From contig NW_003314272.1 in the NCBI RefSeq assembly GCF_000143415.4, positions 229,173-293,172 of the forward strand: DNA of 64,000 nucleotides. The letters are read 5' to 3'. The notes below the pieces were generated by a model, which was given only the letters and a program-made list of their open reading frames with translations, was not told the origin of the DNA and searched no databases. Position numbers and translations under genes: made by a program. How positions within the stretch are numbered: position 1 is the stretch's first letter; each line of letters starts with the position of its first letter. Positions 47,730 to 60,139 of this stretch are shown one piece after another. This DNA comes from Selaginella moellendorffii. Its lineage: Eukaryota > Plantae > Lycopodiophyta.

Positions 47730-48505
47730 ATGGTTGTGGCGATGGCGCTCCAGGCATCGCCGACGCAGGCCTCGAGCGTGAATGCGGTGCGCCTGGGATT
47801 CGTGGCAGGATCGTCGCCTCCCGGGAAATGTAGATTAGGGTTGGCGAGGAATCGGCAACGAGGAGCTGGGTCTCTGGTGGTGAGGGCGGCGATCTTGGAA
47901 GCCCCCGGCGTGGGCGTGGAGCGCGTCGACATGAGCGATTTCGTGAAGGAGGCCATGCCCGGAGGGATTGCCGCGCAGGACCTCTTGGGCACTGGGCGGA
48001 GGAAGCGAGCGATTGCCAGGGTTTGCCTGGTCGAAGGCACCGGACAGTATGTTATCAACAATAGGACTGCCCAGGTATGAGAATCCTCCTCTTTAGTTTG
48101 CAAGGAGGAGAAGAAGATAGAGATTGTTCTCTAGTTTGCATGGAGAAAAAGAAGATAGAGATTGTTCTTCAGAAGAAGAAGATAACCGAGCTGACAAGCT
48201 TCTCTTTTGATGGCCAGGAGTACTTGCAAGGAAATCCATTGTGGCTTTTCCACGTAAAGCTTCCACTCCGGAGCCTCGGCTTCGAAGGAAAGTACGACAC
48301 CATCGTCAAAGCGCACGGTGGTGGTCTCTCGGGCCAAGCGCAGGCAATCCGGCTGGGGATCTCGCGATGCCTTCTCAAGATCAACGAGTCCCACCGCCAG
48401 CCATTGAGGAAGCTGGGATTCTTGACAAGAGACCCGCGTAAGGTGGAGAGGAAGAAGGCTGGCAAGCACAAGGCAAGGAAGTCTCCTCAGTACTCCAAGC
48501 GTTGA
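47730..48505 (+). CDS. PRPS9: Plastid 30S ribosomal protein S9 with transit peptide
   Basis: [53 protein letters not shown]; one intron about 48076-48217. Confidence 0.96.
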
Positions 48506-48621
48506 GACGTAAAGCAAAAGCATACCTTTCTTGGTCTCTTCCTCCCTTTGCAATGGATGGATTTGCAGCTCCAGCTTCTTGTGTGGTGCTGCTCAAGAAG
48601 AAACGCTGTTCTATAAGTTCC

Positions 48622-51600
48622 TCATTCTGTAACGCGCCCGGTTTGATCCGTCTCGCTGCTCGCCAGTGATTCATTGCTCGCCTCCGTGACCAGCTTGTGC
48701 TGTGGATAGAGCCGAACGAAGTGAGCACCTATCCGTGAGACATTGTGTCGAAGTATGGAGAGGAACTGCGTCTCCCAATCTCGACCTGGGATGTCTTTGT
48801 TCTCTTCGGGTGTAGCCTGACAACTCTATCGGTCAGTGTGGAAGTTTGGCTGAAAGCAAGAGTACCTGGTGAGCGGAGTTGGTTTCGGAAGGATTTTTGG
48901 CTGAAGCTAGCTCGTTGTGCATGCACCGCCAGATTATCAGCAGCAGTGTCGTCACGTCTTCGGTGTTGATTAGCGCGATTATCTCCCCACATGACGCGAG
49001 AGGTTGCGGAAGCCAGCGAGCGGACGTGACGAGCTGAATGATGTTGAAGAGCTGCATTCTGTCCTTGTCCTGGAGAAAACCAAAACGTTTAGAGCGTCGA
49101 GTGAGAGAAGGTTTTCTTCAAGTTAAGCTGACCGCGGAAGCAGTTTGCTGACGGCGAAATGCTCCATACCAGTGCGAAATAGAGTCCGCCAGTAAAGCAC
49201 GGACAAACTCTGCACAGGCTTCGAGCTGTCTAGCTTGTCCGTGTTCCATGACGAGCTCGAGCACCTACAGAAGTTCAATTCTTAGCGTGGCAGAATCAAG
49301 CAAGCTCTCCAACCTTGAAAAGGAGCGGGTTTTGATGAAAGCATTCGGTGAGGAACGTGTGTCGAACAAAAGCTACATGTTTTGGAAGAACCTGGCAAAA
49401 GAGGAAAACAGTTTCACACAAATAAGATATAAACTTTGAATACACGCACCTCCTCATACTGTTCCATCGTGATAGAGATCTCATGTGGTGTTTCCAGTCG
49501 ATCAACCAGCAGTTTTTCTAGGATTTCAACTGGATGGCACGGCCACGCTTCTAGCTTTTCTTGATGTCGTGCAATAGATTTTCTGAAAGATTGCTCTAAG
49601 AGACTGCAAATTTCGGTGAAAGTCGGATTTAGAGCTTCAGTTCTCTTAGAGTCGTTTCTGCTCTCCATGCTATGAGTGATACCTGCCAGGAATACCATGC
49701 TAAGAAAACACAAAAATACAAACAGACAATGTAGTCTACCTGAACCTTTACTACAATCATCCAACTGCCGCTGCTTTGAAAATATGAACTCCATCCTTCC
49801 GTAGCGATCAACATTTCCAGCCGCTAGTGCGATCGTGGTTTGAAATCCTGGCTTTGACATCAGATGCTCCACCTTTGAGATATCAACTGTAAGAAAGAGT
49901 GTTATTGATATACACCAAAACGTCCAGGTGCAAGTGAAATGCAAATGCAAGATAGTTTCATGCTGTACTCACGCACTGTTTGAAGACATTCCAAGTTGCC
50001 TCTTAATGCCAGCTTCAAAGGAGAAATTGAGTAGGATGGTCACCAGCTGCAGCAGTAGACAAGTCAAAACACATTCTATAAGATAACTTGTTCGTACCAA
50101 ATTAAATAGCGCAAAGGAAAAAGAACCCAGGTGAGCTATGATTCTTCTCAAGATTGCAGCTTCTCGTAAGAAAATCCATCGGCTATCAGTAAGCGTATAG
50201 TCAGAAAAATTGTCCATCTTTTTTAGACGATAAAACAGCAATCCTAGTGCTCCCTGCACGCACACGTAAATTTACCGCAGCTTTGACCCATCACAAACCT
50301 TAAGGTGTCGAGAAAGCTCTTCAGATGACATAGTTCCTTCCATGGCAAGAGACTGAAGAACACCCAGCGTATGCAAGGAGCTTTCGTCGTTGTCAGCTCT
50401 CTGCAATAACGCTAGAATCCCCAGCCATTTTCCATTCAATGCGTCGCATAAGTTTTTCCGTGAAGACCTCCAAGCAGTTCCGACAACATGCCGGCTCCAA
50501 AAGGAAGGATTCAGAAGTTGACGGATTGCCAAAATTCGCACCAATACCTACGCAGCGGATTAGTAAGTTAGAACTTTCCAAGTGAAGAAAAGCAAGTACC
50601 TGAGCGCTATTACAGACGTGAAGCTGGTCGACAACCTTCTTAGCCCAAAGTGTGAGGATCGCAGGATCCTTGCCCATAACTCCAAGCATCTGTGTTAGCG
50701 TTACAAAGATTGCCAAAACTTCCGCATTTCCGCCGTGTGCACAAGCTTGTACCAGAAACTCAGTGGCTGCTTCATTATCGGATCCCAGTAGCGTAATCTG
50801 GCACGTCTGTACCAGAGCATCCCTCGCATAGACAGGATCCGACTGACAGCTCGCCGATGTTCTAGAAAAGATATTGTTCCAGAGTCTTTGCGTGTTCTGC
50901 ACCAGACTTTGCAGGAAGGAACTGCTGACTGAATTTCCTGGAGCGTTATAACTATGAGCAACGTTCAGCTCCAAAAACTTAAGCATACCTGCTGCTTCCA
51001 TCATAACAAAAGACGATAATCTCTTGTTCAACCACTCCAGTAATGCGGGATCGACTTTGCTGAGAAGCAAAACTATATCAGCAGCAACAGGCGACAGCTG
51101 CTCGAAATGCTTGATTATGAGCACGGAAAGCCACGCCCTGGTATGACATCCGTCTAGAGCAGGCTTATACTCCTATAAAATACAGTGAGAAACAAAAATA
51201 GGCAGCACGGTTAATCGCATACCAATCTGCTTGTCCAGAAGACTGGCAAAAAAACATGCCTGAAATTCGCAGCCTTCCAAAACTTTTCCAGGGACTCAAG
51301 CCCGACACTCGTCACCAGCGCGGTTGCTACGGCCGCGAGGAAGTTCGGACAGAGTGCCGACTGCACAGCCCATGCATGCATCTTGTACTGAAACTCACTC
51401 CCATCGTCATTTTGCATCAAAAAGATCACTGCCGGTACTACCAACTCTGGTACCCTGCACAGAGTGAAACTTAGTCTAGCAAAGATATGAAACCCCATAC
51501 CCTCTTACCTTGAGGCAGCAAATTCAAGAATCCCTGCTTGCTTGACGTAAGGAACGATGGACGCATCCTTCGATTTGTATCCTTTCACAAGGACGTCGTG

Positions 51601-52215
51601 CATAAGTGACTGGAGAAAATTTTCTGGCGCCGCGGCTGTGAGATACGCCAGCAGCCAATCGAGCTCCGGGAGCTCGATCAAATTCTCGTCACGGCTTGTC
51701 GGATTGGAGCACAAGACCTCTCTAACCATCACCCAATGTAACCATAGATAGTTAACGCTGCCGTCAGCACCTCCTTCTTCTGGAGACTGATCTAGGCTCA
51801 AGAGGAGACACTGGCTGACAAAGGCAACCAAGGCTGTGGCGTCCAACGATCGCATATTGGATGAAACACGCTCGGCCATCCAGTTTCCAATCTCGCCACA
51901 CTCCACCATCTTGAGAAATCCCTGCAAACTCCACCTAGAGGTAGAATCCAGCCTCGGAATCTTGCTGCTTGGATTAGCCAGAGGGGACTCCGAGACTCTC
52001 CTCTTGCCGCTGCTGCTACTCGAAGCCTCATAACCAGCCGCATTCTCGACGGCTTCACGCGATTCCACCCTGCCACTGCCGCTGCACTGAATTCGAGCCA
52101 GCATTTGCATACCCCATCGCAGCGCCTCGCGCGTCGCCCGTGGATCGGTGGCATCTAGTTCCAGCGCCTCGAGTCGCGCCTGGCATTGCGACCCAATTTC
52201 TCCCTCCTCCTCCAT
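48622..52215 (-). CDS. INTS5: Probable Integrator complex subunit 5 homolog (multi-exon, alpha-solenoid)
   Basis: N-terminal [25 protein letters not shown]...P, GILEFAASR, ALCPNFLAAVATALV and C-terminal LPQPLASCGEII..VTTLLLIIW, FLSILRHNVSRIG, colinear with recalled human INTS5 segments. Confidence 0.8.
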
Positions 52216-52764
52216 AAACCCTAGAAAGAATATTCTCCAACCCGATAACAAAGTTACTCTTTTCAAACGCCATGCCACGTCATCAATCCGGCGGCATCGT
52301 CTGGACCAACGGCTCTTTTGCGTACGGACTGAGGGCACGTGGCGCCGCGCGAGTGGCTCCCGCTCGCGCTTGTCCGCGCCCGTATGGGGGAATGCGAGGC
52401 GTCTTGGAGCCCAAAAAAAGAAAAAAGAAGTCGTAGGTGTTAGCTCGCTCTACTGTGTTGTTATTTTGCGCTGGCTATGGCAGCTTTGTTTTTACCTCTC
52501 CGCTTTAGGGCTCCTCGCGCGCGTCCTCCTAGGGCTTAGCTTCTCCCGCGGCGATGGTGTGAAACGGTGCCGCATTGGAGCTTCAGAGGCAATGCGGGTG
52601 AAATGCCGGGGGCGCCGTGAGATTGGTACGTGTTTTCTCGAGCTCCACTGGAAGCAGGGATTTCGAAGAGCGGAGCAGGGATTTTGACGAGATCGTCAGC
52701 TCCGGGGCGCTGGAATCTGGCACCTTTACGGCAGAAAGCAAGGGAAGTGGGAGGAGGAGCTAAG

Positions 52765-54282
52765 ATGATGGAGGGCGGGCAGAGAGGCGCCCTAGTGGTG
52801 TTTAGCAGCTCGCCATCGCCGCTCCCATCGCTGCAGCAGTGCTTGTCGCCGCTGCCACTCGACGCCAAGCTTGGAACTCCGGACGCCAGCGCCACGAACT
52901 TCCAGCCCTGTTCGGTGGCTCTCGCCCCGCCGCCGCTGCCAGCGCCGACTTTTCCATTCGCTCTCGCGGATTCCAAGTCCCTGGGAGCAGCGCCGCTCGC
53001 GATGGAGCCACCGCTGGTCGCGCTCAACGATCCAGCGGTGGCGGGCGGCGTTGGGAATGGCAGCGCCACCGTGACCGAGGCGGAGATGGAAGTGGAGGAG
53101 GATAAGAAGCAGCGGGACAGGGAGCACAAGAAAAGATCGAAGAACTGGACGAGGCCCGAGACGCTCAAGCTCATCCGGCTGAGGACGGAGCTGGAGCCGC
53201 GGTTTGCGAGGACGGGAAGGAAGACGGAGCTGTGGGACGAGATCGCGGAGTCGCTCCAGAGGGAGCGATTCTGCCGGGACGCGCAGCAGTGCCGGGACAA
53301 GTGGGAGAAGCTCACCGCCGGGTACAAGGAAGTCCGGGACGGTGTCAAGGAGAGGGAAGATAATCCTTTCTACGACGAGCTCTACCCGCTTCTCTCCGGG
53401 AAGCTCATCAAGAAGGCCGCCAGCACCACTGGCAAGGAAAAAGAGATTTTTGGGATGGACAGTGGTGGCGAGGCTCAGCTTCCCGAAGGTGGCGGTGGTG
53501 GTGGCGGCGGTGGTGTCTTGTTTAAAGATGTGCTCGACTTTGAGTCGGGGTCGAGGGGCGGAGACAAGGCCACGACCAGGGACGAGGAGGAGGAAGACTT
53601 GGAAGGGAGGCCTCCGACTGCGAAGAAGCGGCGGAGGGTGCCAAACAAGTATGTCGCGGTGACGGACCTGCTAGCGGTGCAAAGCCTGCTCGAGACGGTC
53701 CTGGCGAGGCAGCAGAGATTCTTCCGGGACGTGCTCGAGGCGATGGAGCGGAAGGAGCAGCAGCGCGAGCAGCTCCGGCTGGAGAAGGAGGAGAAGTGGC
53801 GGGCCGAGGAGAGAGCCCAGCGGCTCGTCTTTAACAACGCGATGGTGGCGCTCACGCAGAAGCTCGTTGGGGAGAGGCTGGGTGTGCCGTCGGAGAGCCT
53901 GATGGTGTTCCCGCAAAGCCCCGACGGTGGCGGAGCTCATCAAGGCGGCGGCGGCAGTGGCGGGGGCCCGAAGAAGCGGAGCAAGAACTGGAAGCGGACC
54001 GAGGTTCTCCAGCTGATCAAGCTCCGGGGGGAGATGGAGAACAAGTTCACCAAGAGCACCCGGAGAGCCGCGCTGTGGGACGAGGTGGCCGACTTGCTCA
54101 AGGCGCAGGGGATCAAGCGGGACGGGAAGCAGTGCCGCGAGAAGTGGGACAAGCTCATGGCCGAGTACAAGGACGTTGCCGACGGCAAGCGCGAGCGAGG
54201 AGAGAGCCACTACTTTGCGGAGCTGACGGCCATCGTCACCAAGCCACCGGAAGACTTTGCTGGTGGGAAGAACGTAACGTGA
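52765..54282 (+). CDS. Trihelix transcription factor, GT-2 clade (two trihelix domains plus central coiled coil)
   Basis: WTRPETLKLIRLR..LWDEIA..RDAQQCRDKWEKL; ERKEQQR..EEKWRAEE; WKRTEVLQLIKLR..QCREKWDKL. Confidence 0.93.
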   Translation: MMEGGQRGALVVFSSSPSPLPSLQQCLSPLPLDAKLGTPDASATNFQPCSVALAPPPLPAPTFPFALADSKSLGAAPLAMEPPLVALNDPAVAGGVGNGSATVTEAEMEVEEDKKQRDREHKKRSKNWTRPETLKLIRLRTELEPRFARTGRKTELWDEIAESLQRERFCRDAQQCRDKWEKLTAGYKEVRDGVKEREDNPFYDELYPLLSGKLIKKAASTTGKEKEIFGMDSGGEAQLPEGGGGGGGGGVLFKDVLDFESGSRGGDKATTRDEEEEDLEGRPPTAKKRRRVPNKYVAVTDLLAVQSLLETVLARQQRFFRDVLEAMERKEQQREQLRLEKEEKWRAEERAQRLVFNNAMVALTQKLVGERLGVPSESLMVFPQSPDGGGAHQGGGGSGGGPKKRSKNWKRTEVLQLIKLRGEMENKFTKSTRRAALWDEVADLLKAQGIKRDGKQCREKWDKLMAEYKDVADGKRERGESHYFAELTAIVTKPPEDFAGGKNVT

Positions 54283-54672
54283 GAGAGCTTCCACCGCCAC
54301 CAAAGTTTTGTAAGTAAAGTATACCATCACTCTCCTCCAGCGACACACCGAGCTTGACGAAGGGATTTCTTCACAGCAGCAGCTCTCGAGCTCGAGGATG
54401 ATCAACACTGCCCAGGGACAGGCCGCCATTCGGATTGTACAGAGAAAGAGAATGGCGGCCGCGGGCGAGATAGCTTACTTGACAGGGGTGCGAGTAAACG
54501 TGACACAGCACCCTTTTGATTGATCGAGCTCTTCTGTGCTTCACTTGGAACTTTTGTTGCTTATATTTATTTTTGATGAAGCTTCACTTTTGATGAGAGG
54601 CTGCAAGCATCCATCGGATCAGTCAATGGTGTGTAGGAAATCCTATTTGATACTTTGTGGGTGAGCGTTTGT

Positions 54673-55883
54673 TTAGTACTCCGTTTCGAGCAACCCGTCG
54701 ATCAATCCAAATTCCATAGCCTGTACGTTTGATTGAAGCGTCAGCGCAGGAAAGTACAAAAGACTTGGCTACCTCGGCTGCCGAGAAAAAATGGTCACGC
54801 TCTGTGTATGTTTGGACTATCTCCAGTGGCTGCCCAGTGAAAGCCGCGTACATCTTATCGATTTTCTGGAGCCAAAAGACAAACGCTTGAGATTACGAGC
54901 AAAAGAACTACAAGCAGAGTTCTTACATCTCGTGATGCTACCACTTCATTCACTTGCCTTCTCACATCCTCCATCGTTCCCTGATCAAGAAAAGAAAGAC
55001 TTTTCGAGTATCCATCTTTAAAACAATTGCTACTTACACCACAGCCTCCTTGAGGTTGATGGATCATGACTCTGGAGTTTGGCATCGCAAAACGCAAGCC
55101 TTTCGTTCCACCGGCTAGAATCAAAGCTCCTTGACTTGCGGCCATGCCGAAGCACACAGTGCTCACTCTTGGTTTGATCTACACAAGAAGAAAACCATGT
55201 CTCAAAATCCTGGCAAACAAGTATTCTCTTCCTACCCAAGACATGCAATCGTAGATGGCAAGAACGGAGTAAGTGCTTCCTCCAGGACAATTGATATAGA
55301 GCTAGACAAACCGAGAAAAACAAACTAAGTTTAAGAACAAGCGAAGAACAGAAGAAAGAAAAAAAGATATGAGTAAACCTGGATATCTTTTTCTTCGTCG
55401 ATGGCAGCAAGCATCACGAGCTGCGAGATGACGCGCTGGGCTACTTGCGAATTAATCGGTTGGCCGATGAAGATAATCCTACTGCGAAGCATGATGCTCG
55501 TAAGGTCGGCGATTCCTGCTGGAGTAATCACGGCTGGAGCCATTGGCGGAGCCCCTTTCTTTGCTGCCCTGATTGTATTCTCCTCACTGCCCTGTGCACC
55601 ACTGAGAATCGATCGAAAATATTTCGATGCGTACCTTGAGGAATGGAAGATCGTAGCTCCTCGCCGGGGTAGCGGCTCTCATCCCGGGCGATGCCAATGC
55701 GTGAAGAAGAGCCGGCGATGGAGGCGGCGGAGTGATTGCCGAGCCCTGAATCGCGCATTCTCTCCTCCGGAACCTGACGAGGCCTGATCTACAGCTCTGG
55801 AATCCATGCCCGCGCCAGCTCTTGCCCGGCGAGCACAGCGCCTCCACGCCGCTAGCGCCTGGGGCTAGAGACATCGTCGCCAT
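54673..55883 (-). CDS. CLPP6: Chloroplast ATP-dependent Clp protease proteolytic subunit 6
   Basis: [57 protein letters not shown], ends LLETEY*. Confidence 0.93.
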
Positions 55884-56047
55884 AGCCAAAAATCCGTTAA
55901 GACCGTTAGATGGCCTGGATCTGACGGCCGAGGTAGAGCTACGATGAGTGCTCTCTGGCCGTTAAAGTTGACCGCCAGGATTTGTCCATTTGCCTCTCAG
56001 GAGTAGGGTGTGTTATTTTGTGCGTGAGTGGATGATTCTCCTCCGGC

Positions 56048-58278
56048 ATGATGGATGATCCGCCGGCGGCGTCGTCTAACACCAAGCGCTTCCCCGCCGG
56101 CATTGGATCGATGCCCTGGGTCCAATCGCTCAAGAAATATGTGGGATCCGGCGCGGGTCTGGGCTCCGAGGCGCTCATGGGTAAGTTTCTTTCTCGAATC
56201 GATGCTCCAATGTAGCTTAGTGTTTATGGTGTAGAGCTCGAGACGAAGAGAATTCTTCTCGACGGGTACAAGGAGCAGCAGCAAAGAACTCTACAGAAGG
56301 GAACCATTCCAAGTTTTTACAAAAGGGTACTTTGCTGCTCTTTGACGAAAGAGGAACACTGTTATCATTTTTCTTGTTCTTGTGTAGAAACCTTCTGAGG
56401 GATCGATTGGTGCCAAAGTCCAGCATTTGGCGAGATTCAGGTTTCTGAAGGTCTTTGAAAGGTTTTTGATTTCATCTTGAGGATTTTTTCTCTGAAGTGG
56501 TATTGTTTTTTGAGGTGTTCAGAAGCAAGCAGAGATGCTGTTAAATGCTGATGATCTCGATGCTCTGTGGGTTTGTTTACGCGAGAACTGTGTCATTGAC
56601 GATTCCACTGGAACTGAAAAGGTAAGATGATTTCGTCTCTTGTTTCTTTCGTGTTTTGTGCAGCTGAAAGTTTGTCTTGTAGATGAATTACGAGGATTTT
56701 TGTCACATTGCATCCCTATGTAACGATCAAATCGGACCAAAGTGCCGACGGTTCTTCTCGCCATCAAACTTCATGAAGTTTGAGAAGGATGAATACGGTC
56801 GAATTGCCATTCTACCGTTCTACTTGTATGTTATGCGAACTGTAAGTGTCTGTAGACCTGCTAGTGGATTATCTTTGTTCGTGTTGTTTAGACTTCTAAC
56901 TAAGGAAATTATGCAGGTATCTTTGACACAAGCGAGGATTGATATGAGTGAGCTTGATGAAGATGGAGACGGGCTTTTGCAGCCACCGGTAATAGTTCCA
57001 CACTTAATGCTCGAGCCTTGTTTAATCTTGACACATTTGCCAGGAAATGGAGGCATATATTAGAGGACTTTTTCCTAATTTGGCTCAACTTCGAGATATC
57101 CCGGTTCCATTCTTGTCTATGTATTGCCGAATCGCTGCGCGTAAATTTTCGTTTTTCTGTGATCCTCATCGTAGAGGTTCGTTTATTCGTTTAGATATAT
57201 ATATGCTCTGACGAATCGTTTGTGCAGGAAAACTATGTATAAAAAAAATACTTCTAAGTAACTGTCTAGCTGAACTCATGGAACTACATCGGGTATGCAT
57301 TTTTCTGTTGTTTCCTGGATTTGTATTAGACATGGCTTGCGTTTTAGGAAAACGAAGAGGAAGTTTCCGAAGGAGAACATACAGAAAACTGGTTTTCTCT
57401 TGGCAGTGCTCAACGGATTTGTGGTGAGTGCATCTCTACTCTTTCTTTTTTATTTGTATCAACAGTCCTTTAACTTTGTAAAATTTGTAGATGTCTTTCT
57501 CGCGCTGGACAAAGATATGAACGGTACATTGAGCAAGCAGGAGCTTCAAGACTATGCCGATGGCACATACACTACAATATTTATTGAACGAGGTAAGGTC
57601 ATGAGTGTTTCTTCTACTGCTCGCTGACATCACTATTGAGTCCAGTCTTTGATGAACACGTCAGAAGAGGAAAAGGAGGTGGTGGGAAAGCTCGAGAAAT
57701 GGACTTCGACAGCTTTCTGGACTTCGTCCTTTCTCTAGAAAACAGAGACACCCCGGAGGGCCTCACTTATCTCTTCCGGTGCCTTGATCTCCAAAACCGA
57801 GGATTTCTTTCAACGGGTGACGTACACACTCTCTTCAGGTTCGCCTCTCTTACTAACTCAATGGAAGAAAAGAAGGGTGAAAGTCCTAGCTTTGGCTTCC
57901 ACTTGATATGCTCTTCCGAGATTCGACAGGAAGAGTTTTTCCTGCCTGCGCACTCGAGACGCTGTGCTGCAAGCCTCGAATCTTCCGTACATTACTGGCT
58001 GTTCGTCACTGCTCTAAATGCGCCTTTCTCCTTACAGGGACGTGCACAAGAAATGGATCGAAGGTGGAAACTACGACCTGTGCATCGATGATGTGAAAGA
58101 CGAGATCTGGGACATGGTGAAGCCGAAAGATCCTCTCAAGGTCACACTCGCCGACCTCTTGGCATGCCGGCAAGGAGGCACTGTAGCCAGCATGCTGGTG
58201 GACGTGAGAGGCTTCTGGGCTCACGACAACAGGGAAAACTTGCTACAGGACGAGGAAGAGACTGAAGAGGAAGAGTAG
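56048..58278 (+). CDS. TON2: PP2A B'' regulatory subunit TONNEAU2/FASS
   Basis: YVGSGAGLGSEALMELETKRILL, FFSPSNFMKFEKDE.GRIAILPFYLYVMRTVSLTQARIDMSELDED, RGFWAHDNRENLLQ. Confidence 0.96.
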
Positions 58279-58921
58279 GAAGATGGTTGACAGAAGCGGG
58301 CAGCGACTGTTGTAAGTTTATCCGATTGCTTTTGGTTGCTTGCTCTGCGATAGCTAGAAACTGGAGGCTTGATCGATTATTTTACTACTAATACATTTAT
58401 CTTTTAGTGTACCACATCAAATACGGAAAGCCACAGACAGAGATATCATCCTTGCATGCTAAGAACAGGGCTTCGTCCTTACGGTTGTTGCCATTCAGTT
58501 GATGCGGTTTACAATCTTTTTCCGCCTCGAATCACTCGTGAGCACATGGAACGGGACAAGCCAAGTCAATTTCGTGGTACTTATGCTTCAAAGTTTCTGA
58601 TCTTAACGCTTTGGCTCCAGTTTTTCCAGGAATTCCAACCAGGCTCGCTCGCTCGCTGTTCACAATCTGGAAAGCCAATGTGCCGGACAGATCGAAATAA
58701 ATGAAACGCTGCCGAAAAGCTTGGAGCGAGCAACGAACTTCACTTTCTCTCTGGTAAGCAGCGTAAAGTTCTTTCCGGTCACTATCGTCAGCAAAGCAGT
58801 AGCAGTAGCTAGCGGGCGATCTGATCAGCGCTGAGAGTAGCAGGGGCGATTCATCGATTGCTCGCAAAGTGCTCGCTTGCGACAGCGCACCACTAATCTC
58901 TGCTTGAGCTGCCAAACAGGA

Positions 58922-58953
58922 AAAGAAAGAGAAGAAGAAGAAGAAGAAGAAAA
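58922..58953 (+). repeat. (AAG)n microsatellite
   Basis: gaagaagaagaagaagaagaa. Confidence 0.85.
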
Positions 58954-60139
58954 GATTAAAAGTGACGAGCAAAGTGCTTTGCTTGACATCCCAGCAACCG
59001 GTCTCTCGAAGAAATAAAAAATGCGTGAGTTTGCCCAGTTCTTCGATTTAATCTATCCTCGTGATTTCTCGAAGAACATGTTTCGTATGACCTGGCTAGC
59101 TTTGAGTTTAGCGCGCCTCCAAATCTAGCGGCGTTGCTAGTTTGCCCAACCTCGCCATTAAATGTTGTAACGTTAAAAGTGAGTAGCGAGTGGGAGTATT
59201 AAAAAGCCCTTTAGCACGAAAGCTGGAGGTTTCGCCAAGTGTGGCTGGCTGGCATTCACAAGCAAATTTATTTTTTTTTCTTCCCCTTCTCTTTGGCTAT
59301 GGGCGAGAAAGTGATGAATGTAGCAGCAGGGGAGGCAGGGCACACGCGGGCGATTGATGCATCGCATTGGCATTGGCAGTGATCAATCGTCCCAGCTACA
59401 CAAGGAATCAAGAGAAAAGAATCGCAGCGCAACGGGACGGGAGAAGCAGCGATTGGGAGAGCTAGCTCTCGGATTTGGGGGTTTGTGGGTGCTCGATTCG
59501 ATCGGTCTGTTCGATCCGCGGGGACGCGAGCTCGCTGGGCGCACGACCCACGAGATCTTTGCTCGCAATGCGGCCGCCCAATGGGCTAGATCGACCCGGA
59601 GTAGCAGTAGCAAGCCAGTAGCTCAGTAGTAGTAGCTCTCTCCAGAGGAGGAAGAACAAGGTGGAATAGGAAAGCTCCCAGGAGAGCTCGCGCGAGGAGG
59701 TTCTTCACACTCCCTCTCGCTGTCGCTCGCTCGCTTGCTCACACAGAGATTGCTCGCTCGCGCGTGCCTGGAGCTGCGAAGTAGCTCAACGGAAGCTGTG
59801 AGGAGGTGGATTGGAGCTTTCATCGCTCGTCGCGCTCGCCCGACCACATTAGATGTGTGTGTGACTCGCTCACTGGCCATTTGGTGGCCGGTTCCTTTCT
59901 TCTTTCTTTTCTCTTTCTTCTTCTTCTCTTCCCCGACGCCATAGTTTGGATAAGCCGATAGATAGCTCGGGATTTATGGTATTTTCACTCCAATCCGGAT
60001 CTCACTCGAGAGCACCATGATCGGCCTAAGGTTTGTGGTTTCTTCCTTTCCTTTTGCGAGAGAACGAGATTTTTAGCTTGCCTGCGCTTTCTTCTCCATA
60101 GCCTAGCTCAAGTTCTTTTTTTTTTTCCGGATGGATCAG

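Noticed and set aside
41069-54429. Many long antisense or overlapping ORFs over DREB2, the kinase and the trihelix gene
   Set aside because: Expected shadow ORFs of GC-rich coding sequence.
48622-58278. Functional link between INTS5 and the nearby PP2A B'' gene TON2
   Set aside because: Integrator binds the PP2A A-C core without a B subunit, so the proximity is most likely coincidental.
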